Positions 57,127 to 64,000 of a stretch of DNA of 64,000 nucleotides are shown in pieces. The translations under genes and the position numbers were made by a program. The notes under the pieces are model-generated. The model was not told where the DNA came from, searched no databases, and saw only the letters and a list, made by a program, of their open reading frames with translations. How positions within the stretch are numbered: position 1 is the first letter of the stretch; each line of letters starts with the position of its first letter. Source of the DNA: an uncultured Lachnospiraceae bacterium (lineage in GTDB: Bacteria; Bacillota; Clostridia; Lachnospirales; Lachnospiraceae); assembly GCA_910588965.1 (NCBI GenBank), contig CAJUSO010000006.1:18463-82462 (forward strand). The letters run 5' to 3'.

Positions 57127-57174
57127 AAAAAGGGGGCTGGTGCAAAATAGGGATTATTTTGCACCAGCCCTTTT
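57127..57174. terminator. Bidirectional intrinsic terminator
   Basis: Perfect 16-bp stem GGGCTGGTGCAAAATA/TATTTTGCACCAGCCC flanked by A and T tracts between convergent genes. Confidence 0.85.
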
Positions 57175-57200
57175 GCAGGTACTAGAGGCGAGGCGGAAGG

Positions 57201-57782
57201 TTAGCGGAACCGGTTCGTCTCGTATTTACGGAAGGTACGGACACAGGTTTTCAGTTCTTCATAGCGTAGGTCCAGCGAGCCTTCCTCAATGACCACGTCC
57301 AGTACCACGGCCATATTGTTAATCATGCGGTCTGTGATTTCATTTTGCATGTCTAATAGGATTTTGTATTTTTCATCCATTGTTTCTGCATCGAAGAACG
57401 CCATCAGCTTCTCGTCAGCGGAAAGGGTTTTGCTTTCCGCAGCGGCCGTTGGGTTCCCTTCTGCCGCACTGGCGCTGTCAGGGAAGGGAGGCTCCCCCCC
57501 ATCCTGCCCGGCGCCAACGCTTTGTTTTTCCCCATTCCCATCCTTTGACGGTTCCGCAAGCTGGAAGCGGTAAACCTGCCCGGCATCTGGATATTTTTCA
57601 GTGTCTACAGGGCTTGTGAACATGGCAAGGGGCCTTGCATAGGTCTGGAAGGGCGGGTACAGCGCCTGGTATATGACCAAAGGCTCTTGTGTTTCTGAAT
57701 GTGTTGCAATGGTTACGATCTGGTATAGCTTTTCCTTAAAATGCTGGTATATTTCTCCAGGTCTTGGATATCCCTGCGGCAT
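57201..57782 (-). CDS. DUF1653 domain protein
   Basis: PGEIYQHFK..LYQI..IATHSET.E.LVIYQALY, ARPLAMF..KYP; GAGG RBS. Confidence 0.85.
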   Translation of the reverse strand: MPQGYPRPGEIYQHFKEKLYQIVTIATHSETQEPLVIYQALYPPFQTYARPLAMFTSPVDTEKYPDAGQVYRFQLAEPSKDGNGEKQSVGAGQDGGEPPFPDSASAAEGNPTAAAESKTLSADEKLMAFFDAETMDEKYKILLDMQNEITDRMINNMAVVLDVVIEEGSLDLRYEELKTCVRTFRKYETNRFR

Positions 57783-57844
57783 AAGCGAATCCCTCTTTTC
57801 TTTGTTTGGATATGGTGTTGTTATGTAATGGGAACCTTGGGCTG

Positions 57845-58366
57845 TTACCGTTTCTGGAGCCGCGTGGCGCACAGCGCCGCTGCAATCCCGATCAGCCCCC
57901 CACAGAGCACATCTGTGGGATAATGGACGCCCACGTACAGCCTGGACAGGCAGATTAGGATGGCCAGGGCCAAGGCAGGCGCCCCGATATGGCGGGGCAT
58001 TTGGCAGAACATCACTGTTCCGGCCGCCATGGAACTGGTGGAATGCCCAGAAGGGAAGGACCAGCCCCCTGCATGCACCAATGCGTGCAGCTGCGGGATG
58101 GCGTCAAACGGCCTTGGGCGCATAACAAGGTTTTTCAGCAAGAGGTTGGTGCCCAGATACCCCAGGAGCAGCGCAATGGCAACCGCCCCTCCTGTCTTCC
58201 GCTGTTTTTTCCAAAGCAGCAGCAGGGCTGCCAGTACAATCCAGACCGCGCCCCCATCTCCCAGGGAGGTAAGGAAGAGCACGACAGGATCCAGCCAGTC
58301 GGTCCGGACAAAGTCTTGGATCCAAAGCAGGATCTTGGCGTCTGTTTCTACAATAAGCTGCAGCAT
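57845..58366 (-). CDS. PAP2-family membrane phosphatase
   Basis: K..V.RPRP, SFPSGH, SRLYVGVHYPTD. Confidence 0.92.
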   Translation of the reverse strand: MLQLIVETDAKILLWIQDFVRTDWLDPVVLFLTSLGDGGAVWIVLAALLLLWKKQRKTGGAVAIALLLGYLGTNLLLKNLVMRPRPFDAIPQLHALVHAGGWSFPSGHSTSSMAAGTVMFCQMPRHIGAPALALAILICLSRLYVGVHYPTDVLCGGLIGIAAALCATRLQKR

Positions 58367-58427
58367 CAATTTCTCCTTCTTTCTTTTTATTTTATAGGAT
58401 GTTATGCTGGTACGGCTATTCTAAGGC

Positions 58428-59075
58428 CTACAGCTTCCGCACGATCTGGTCGATATCTACCCGTTTCCCGATGACCATAAGGTGCTCTTCCCGCTGGAAG
58501 ATATGGTCGGCGTCCGGCAGCAGGCTAGTCTGCCCATCCCGCTTAAACCCCAGGATATTGGCATTGTACTTGACCCGGAAATTCATTTCCTTGATGGATT
58601 TGCCAATCCATTCTTCCAGGGGCTGGATTTCATAAATAGAATATTCCCCCATTTCCATATAGTCATACACATGGTTGGCGCTTACTTTGATGGCAATCCT
58701 TTTGGCAATGTCCCGGTCAGGGTAGACCACTTCGTCCGCCCCGTTCTTCAAGAGGAATTTGGCCTGGATGTCCCGGGTGGCCTTGCTGATGACGTAGGGT
58801 GCGCCCAAATCCTTCAGCAGGCTGGTAACCTCTAGGCTGCCTTGGAAATTTGTGCCGATGCAGACAAAGCAGATGTCAAAATTGTTGACTCCAAAGCTGC
58901 GCAGCACGTCTTCTTTCGTACAGTCACCGATTTTGGCGCTGGTGACAATGGGGAGGATGTCTTCCAGGTTTTCTTCCACCTTGTCCACGGCCATGACATC
59001 GTTGCCGTTTTCCGCCAGGTCCATGCATAAATGCCTCCCAAAGCGCCCAATTCCAATTACAAGGATTGATTTCAT
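58428..59075 (-). CDS. ktrA: TrkA/KtrA potassium uptake regulatory subunit
   Basis: VIGIGRFG RCK_N, GADEVVYP, C-terminal RCK_C; AAGGAG RBS before ATG 59075. Confidence 0.9.
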   Translation of the reverse strand: MKSILVIGIGRFGRHLCMDLAENGNDVMAVDKVEENLEDILPIVTSAKIGDCTKEDVLRSFGVNNFDICFVCIGTNFQGSLEVTSLLKDLGAPYVISKATRDIQAKFLLKNGADEVVYPDRDIAKRIAIKVSANHVYDYMEMGEYSIYEIQPLEEWIGKSIKEMNFRVKYNANILGFKRDGQTSLLPDADHIFQREEHLMVIGKRVDIDQIVRKL

Positions 59076-59155
59076 GTTACCTATGCTCCTTTCTGTCTCC
59101 AGGCAGCTTTCTGCCTGGCTTGCATCTGCGTTACGGTTCTTGCGTCTTCTTTGCG

Positions 59156-60490
59156 TTATCCAATCGTAATTTTTTCCGTAGGAAGCTGTACCGGCGGGGT
59201 CCGTTTTTTCTCGGTAAAGGACAGGGCAAAGGACATGCTGCCAATCCTGCCGCAGTACATCAGGAACACCAAGAGGCATTGGGAGGCAAGGGACAGATCC
59301 CTGGTAATCCCAGTGGAAATGCCGACTGTCCCGATAGCGGAGAACACCTCCATGGAAATATCCGACATGCCAAGGCCGGGTTCGAGGCCGCACATAGCTA
59401 AGCCGCAGGCTGCCGCCAGCAGCAGGTTGATAAAGAACACGGTACTGGCCTTTTTGATGGAATCCTCGTCCAGGCGCCGCCCAAAGATATTCAGCCCGTT
59501 TTTGTTCCTCAGGTTGGACCAGATATACAGCAGGATGGCCATCATAGTGGTGGTCTTTATCCCGCCGGCAGTAGATCCAGGGCTGCCCCCGATAAACATT
59601 AGGATTATCGTCAGAAGGCGGGTGCCCTCGGTATACATCGCCGTATCAGTGGTGTTGAAACCAGCCGTCCTGGGCGTCACCGCCCCGAACAGGGAACAGA
59701 GGACCTGCCCCTTGGCGTCCATCCCTGCCAGCAGGTTGCCCCGCTCCAACAGGTAAAAACAAAGGCTGCCCCCCAAAATAAGCGCAAATGTCATGGCTAG
59801 TACGATTTTCGTATGGAGCAGGTATTTGCGCACATGCCATGTGTGGGTGGAGATATCGTCCCAGACAATGAACCCAATCCCGCCCAGGATAATCAGGGCC
59901 ATGACGACCAGGTTTACCAGGACGTCGTCGTAGTACGTCACCAGGGAAGAATAGGGGCCGAACTGCCCCATCAGGTCAAACCCTGCATTGCAGAAGGCCG
60001 AGATAGAGTGGAAAATCCCGTACCAGATACCCTTGGCCCATCCAAAGCGGGGGATAAACCGCACCATCAGCAGCAATGCCCCAATCCCTTCTATCCATGC
60101 GGTGTAAATGACGATTTTGTGCACCAGCCGCACCGTACCGGCTAGCTGGAGGGTGTTGACGCTTTCCTGGATGAGGTTCCGCTCCTTTAAGCCAATCTTC
60201 CGTTTTAAGAAAATGGCCAAGAATACGCTGATGGTAATGAACCCAAGCCCCCCAACCTGGATGAGCGCCAGGATAACCGCCTGCCCAAACAGCGTCCAGC
60301 TGCAATAGGTATCTGCCACGACCAGGCCTGTCACGCAGGTACTGCTGGTGGAGGTGAACAGCGCGTGGAAAAAACCGGCGCCTTCACCGCTCCTGGAAGA
60401 GACGGGCAGCATTAATAGGATGGTGCCTAATGCGATAATAAGGAAAAAGCCAAGGGCAATCGTCTGCACCCTGCTCAATCTATGCTTCAT
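59156..60490 (-). CDS. ktrB: TrkH/KtrB potassium uptake membrane subunit
   Basis: TCVTGL, SAFCNAGF, PRTAGF, GSTAGGIK, TVG.S.G selectivity loops. Confidence 0.92.
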   Translation of the reverse strand: MKHRLSRVQTIALGFFLIIALGTILLMLPVSSRSGEGAGFFHALFTSTSSTCVTGLVVADTYCSWTLFGQAVILALIQVGGLGFITISVFLAIFLKRKIGLKERNLIQESVNTLQLAGTVRLVHKIVIYTAWIEGIGALLLMVRFIPRFGWAKGIWYGIFHSISAFCNAGFDLMGQFGPYSSLVTYYDDVLVNLVVMALIILGGIGFIVWDDISTHTWHVRKYLLHTKIVLAMTFALILGGSLCFYLLERGNLLAGMDAKGQVLCSLFGAVTPRTAGFNTTDTAMYTEGTRLLTIILMFIGGSPGSTAGGIKTTTMMAILLYIWSNLRNKNGLNIFGRRLDEDSIKKASTVFFINLLLAAACGLAMCGLEPGLGMSDISMEVFSAIGTVGISTGITRDLSLASQCLLVFLMYCGRIGSMSFALSFTEKKRTPPVQLPTEKITIG

Positions 60491-60634
60491 GCCGATTCAC
60501 GATCCTTTCTTAATTAACTGCTAAAATCAAGGCTCAGATTATTATACATAAAATTTCCAATTCTGTAAAGGCGTAGAAAATTGGCGGAAAATAGGGAAAG
60601 ATGGCAATTATTGCAGATCTGCTGTTGCTTAGGG

Positions 60635-60663
60635 TTGTTTCTGCCCGCAGAAAGTATTATAAT
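60635..60663 (+). promoter_or_regulatory. Sigma-A promoter of the NYN gene with an embedded inverted repeat
   Basis: TTGTTT-N17-TATAAT; TTTCTGC-CC-GCAGAAA at 60638-60653. Confidence 0.55.
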
Positions 60664-60702
60664 GGTGGGAAATAGTTAAAATATTTTTAGAAGGAGACAG
60701 AA

Positions 60703-61491
60703 ATGAGTGATGAGAAAAAGTATGCACTGTTAATTGATGCAGAAAACGTATCTTCAAAATATATCGGGATTGTAACGAAGGAAGCCCAGAGCCTGGGCAA
60801 TGTCACAATCCGTAGGATTTATGGGGACTGGACGTTAAGCTCCAAGAATTCCTGGCGGGATTCCCTCCTGGAAAATTCCTTAATCCCCGTCCAGCAGTAC
60901 AGCTATACGGTAGGGAAAAATTCTTCGGATTCGGCTATGATTATAGATGCAATGGATATTTTATATACAAATGATGTGGACGGGTTTATCATTGTGTCCT
61001 CAGACAGCGATTTTACCAGGCTGGCCACCCGGCTGCGGGAATCCGGCAAACGTGTGATTGGGATGGGGGAGAGCAAGACCCCTACGCCCTTTGTGAGGGC
61101 GTGCGAGAAGTTTAAGACCCTGGATGTGCTTTATAAAAATAACCACCAAGAGCCCAAGGCCAGCGCGCCGGAACGTGGGAGGCGCATGGGGATCCGTACG
61201 ATTGACCCGGAACGGGTCCTGTCAAAGGATGCGGAGCCCATTACAAACCTAAAAGAGATAAAAGCAACTGTGATATCGCTTTTAGATGAAACCTCCGATG
61301 AGGATGGGTGGATGTATCTTTCGGAACTAGGGAATATGATCCAAAAGCTGTATTCTGACTTTGACTGCCGGAATTATGGGTATCATAAGTTTGGGAAGCT
61401 GATTGAGTCCTTTCCAGAACTGCAGCTGCGCAAGGATGATTCCAGCAATGGGATTACCAAGATTGTGCTGGTGAGGAAGCGGGAGGACTGA
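60703..61491 (+). CDS. NYN (LabA/DUF88 PIN-like) protein with C-terminal OST-HTH/LOTUS domain
   Basis: IDAEN, RRIYGDW, GKNSSD..MIIDAMD, SSDSDF; C-terminal W..LSELG....FD.RNYG..KF..L. Confidence 0.92.
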   Translation: MSDEKKYALLIDAENVSSKYIGIVTKEAQSLGNVTIRRIYGDWTLSSKNSWRDSLLENSLIPVQQYSYTVGKNSSDSAMIIDAMDILYTNDVDGFIIVSSDSDFTRLATRLRESGKRVIGMGESKTPTPFVRACEKFKTLDVLYKNNHQEPKASAPERGRRMGIRTIDPERVLSKDAEPITNLKEIKATVISLLDETSDEDGWMYLSELGNMIQKLYSDFDCRNYGYHKFGKLIESFPELQLRKDDSSNGITKIVLVRKRED

Positions 61492-61593
61492 GCCCTGCCG
61501 GTTTTCTAGGCAGCGCTTCCCCAAAGCCCCGATGTAGCCGCCGCTACGTTGCACAACGCCAGCGGCGCTAGCTTCAGCTGGTTTCACGCTGGG

Positions 61594-61788
61594 CTAGGAA
61601 GGCGGTACAGGCGGGGAGGCTTGGGAGGCGCGCTGTGCATGGACAAAATTCCAGATGATGTCATGCATCCATTCCACCGTTTCGCTTAATTTTTTGTTTT
61701 CTTCGTGCAGCATGGTATTTTCCCGGCGCAATTGTTCTAATAATTCCATGGTGTCACGGTCAATCATAGGATTTGCTGTCAATTTCAT
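61594..61788 (-). CDS. Small hypothetical coiled-coil protein (start codon uncertain)
   Basis: GAGGTG RBS-like sequence and upstream TGnTATAAT; heptad pattern LEQLRRENTMLHEENKKL. Confidence 0.5.
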   Translation of the reverse strand: MKLTANPMIDRDTMELLEQLRRENTMLHEENKKLSETVEWMHDIIWNFVHAQRASQASPPVPPS

Positions 61789-61995
61789 CACCTCTTAGGC
61801 CTATTATATCAGATTTATGGGGAAATTGGTGCTAAGAAGGCGGAAAGAAATGGAAAATCCATGCAGGGACGCCCAAACAAGGTATGGGGAAGGGACGCCA
61901 GGAGCCTGGACAAAGACAAGGGGTATGCGGTAGGGAAAGGCGTGTGGGGAGCCGGCAAGCAGATAAGAGGAAGAGAGGAAGAGAGGGCAAGGCAG

Positions 61996-63096
61996 ATGAA
62001 AGAATATGATTTTATCATCGTAGGGGCAGGGCTGTTTGGCGCAGTGTTTGCCAGAGAGGCAAAAAAGGCGGGGAAGAAATGCCTGGTGATAGAGAAGAGG
62101 GGGCATATCGGGGGGAATCTTTACACAGAGGAAGTGGAAGGGATTCAGGTGCATGCCTACGGCGCCCATATTTTCCATACTTCCAACCGGAAGGTGTGGG
62201 AATATGTGGGGCAGTTTGCAGAGTTTAACCGGTATACAAATTCCCCTGTGGCAAATTATAAAGGGGAAATGTATAACCTGCCTTTTAACATGAATACCTT
62301 CCATAAGCTATGGGGGGTTACCACGCCCAAAGAGGCAAAGGCTAAGATTGAAGAGCAGAAGCGGGCCGGCGCGGCAAGGAGCCCCAAGAACTTGGAAGAG
62401 CAGGCGATAAACCTGATAGGGCGCGACGTATATGAGAAGCTGGTGAAGGGATATACGGAAAAACAGTGGGGCAGGCGGGCCACGGAGCTCCCGGCCTTTA
62501 TTATCAAACGGCTTCCCGTGCGGTTCACCTATGACAATAACTACTTTGACGATGCATACCAAGGGATCCCAACCGGCGGCTACACTAGGATGGTGGGGAA
62601 GATGCTGGAAGGCACGGAGGTGATTTTGGGGGAGGATTTTTTGGGGAAGAAGGAATACTATAAGGGCAAGGCGGGGAAAATCGTATATACAGGGATGATT
62701 GACGAATATTTCGGTTATTGCTTTGGGGAGCTGGAGTACCGTTCCCTGCGCTTTGAGACAGAGGTCCTGGATATGGAAAACTACCAGGGGAATGCCGTAG
62801 TGAATTATACAGAATATGAGGTGCCGTATACCAGGGTGATTGAGCACAAGCATTTTGAGTACGGCACACAGCCTAAGACGGTGATTACCAGGGAATACCC
62901 CAGGGAATGGAAGAAAGGGGACGAACCCTATTATCCCATGAACGATGAAAAGAACGCAGCCCTTTACGCCAGATACCAGGAAGCCGCCCAGGAAGAAGGG
63001 GATGTAATCTTCGGCGGGAGGCTGGGGCAGTACCGGTACTTTGATATGGATGATACCGTGGAAGCCGCCCTGGCCTGCGTGGAGGAGTATGTGTAG
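61996..63096 (+). CDS. glf: UDP-galactopyranose mutase
   Basis: GAGLFG, YGAHIFHT, YTEKQWG, YQGIP, TRVIEHKHF, GRLGQYRYFDMD. Confidence 0.96.
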   Translation: MKEYDFIIVGAGLFGAVFAREAKKAGKKCLVIEKRGHIGGNLYTEEVEGIQVHAYGAHIFHTSNRKVWEYVGQFAEFNRYTNSPVANYKGEMYNLPFNMNTFHKLWGVTTPKEAKAKIEEQKRAGAARSPKNLEEQAINLIGRDVYEKLVKGYTEKQWGRRATELPAFIIKRLPVRFTYDNNYFDDAYQGIPTGGYTRMVGKMLEGTEVILGEDFLGKKEYYKGKAGKIVYTGMIDEYFGYCFGELEYRSLRFETEVLDMENYQGNAVVNYTEYEVPYTRVIEHKHFEYGTQPKTVITREYPREWKKGDEPYYPMNDEKNAALYARYQEAAQEEGDVIFGGRLGQYRYFDMDDTVEAALACVEEYV

Positions 63097-63181
63097 GGCG
63101 GTATCGGAAACGGGCAACACGGATTGCCCGCCGGGGAGTGTGGGGGAAGGGGAAAATACAACGGGACAAGGAGAGGATGGT

Positions 63182-63706
63182 ATGAAAAGGTTAGAAGAGT
63201 ATGTAAGGAGTATCCCGGATTTTCCGGAGCCAGGGATTATTTTCCGGGACGTGACCAGCATCCTGCAGGATGCGGACGGCCTGCATTTAGCGGTAGAAGG
63301 GCTGTTGGGGCAGTTAGAAGGCGTGGATTTTGACGTAGTGGTAGGGCCGGAGTCCAGGGGGTTTATCTTTGGGGTCCCTGTGGCGTATGAGATGCGCAAA
63401 GGCTTTGTGCCTGTCCGCAAAAAGGGGAAGCTTCCCTGCGAGACCATTGCGGCAGAATATGACTTGGAATATGGGAGCGCAGTGATTGAGATGCACAAGG
63501 ACGCCATCCGGCCAGGCCAGCGGGTCGTGGTGGTGGACGATTTGATTGCCACAGGCGGGACCATAGAAGCCATTCTTAAAATGGTGGAGCAGTTAGGCGG
63601 GCAGGTAGTGAAAATCTGCTTTGTGATGGAGCTTGCCGGGCTCAATGGCAGGGAAAAGCTTTCCGGGTACTCGGTGGAGAGCCTGATTACATATGAGGGG
63701 AAATAA
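63182..63706 (+). CDS. apt: Adenine phosphoribosyltransferase
   Basis: IPDFPEPGIIFRD, ESRGF, RKKGKLP, YDLEYG, VVDDLIATGGT. Confidence 0.96.
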   Translation: MKRLEEYVRSIPDFPEPGIIFRDVTSILQDADGLHLAVEGLLGQLEGVDFDVVVGPESRGFIFGVPVAYEMRKGFVPVRKKGKLPCETIAAEYDLEYGSAVIEMHKDAIRPGQRVVVVDDLIATGGTIEAILKMVEQLGGQVVKICFVMELAGLNGREKLSGYSVESLITYEGK

Positions 63707-63730
63707 CTGGATATATAGTAGGAGGCAAAA

Positions 63731-64000
63731 ATGAGAGTTGGTACAGGCTATGACGTGCACAGGCTGGCAGAGGGGCGCAAGCTGGTTTTAGGCGGGGTAT
63801 CCATCCCCCATGAAAAGGGGCTGGAGGGCCATTCGGATGCGGATGTGCTGGTGCACGCCATTATGGATGCCCTGCTGGGCGCAGCGGCCTTAGGGGATAT
63901 CGGGCAGCATTTCCCGGATACAGACGCAGCCTTCAAAGGGATTTCCAGCATGAAGCTATTGGCGCATGTGGGAGGCTTGTTAGAACAGGAAGGGTATGTC
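63731..64000 (+). CDS. ispF: MECDP synthase IspF, 5' part (runs off the window end)
   Basis: Not in the ORF track; GGAGG RBS, then [45 protein letters not shown]. Confidence 0.95.
   Translation, partial: MRVGTGYDVHRLAEGRKLVLGGVSIPHEKGLEGHSDADVLVHAIMDALLGAAALGDIGQHFPDTDAAFKGISSMKLLAHVGGLLEQEGYV

Noticed and set aside
62308..63645. 445-aa minus-strand ORF
   Set aside because: Antisense to the well-supported glf and apt genes.
1..64000. Mobile elements, prophage, rRNA or tRNA genes
   Set aside because: No transposase, integrase, phage or structural RNA signatures were recognised by eye; short or degenerate ones could have been missed.

Overview
A 64-kb chromosomal stretch from a spore-forming, chemotactic Clostridia-class anaerobe; gene content and order look Lachnospiraceae-like (inference). 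Most of it is housekeeping: iscR-iscS-iscU-mnmA, ackA, an OmpR/HAMP two-component pair, cheV, a split purO-like/purH pair, pncB, asnS, recJ, hslO-nadE, folA, putP, ilvBN, ktrAB/trkAH, glf, apt and ispF. The main accessory element is a nine-gene minus-strand operon at 18.2-25.9 kb with a divergent HxlR regulator. It encodes a cupin, an SDR, a cyclase-family hydrolase, an MFS transporter, a BKACE, a zinc-ribbon protein, a 3-hydroxyacyl-CoA dehydrogenase-like enzyme and CoA-transferase subunits A and B. Its SDR closely resembles phloroglucinol reductase (recognised from memory, not searched), and the gene set matches anaerobic phloroglucinol (polyphenol ring) catabolism, plus extra components whose role I cannot assign. 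Other notable items: a ~2,257-aa secreted protein with 4 LamG and 12 FIVAR-like domains and no recognisable catalytic domain, a lipoprotein trigger-factor homologue, a degenerate soluble chemoreceptor, an IlvB with a 4-Cys insertion, and many long intergenic hairpins. I saw no rRNA, tRNA, CRISPR array, transposase or integrase. All calls come from reading the sequence; no searches were run.
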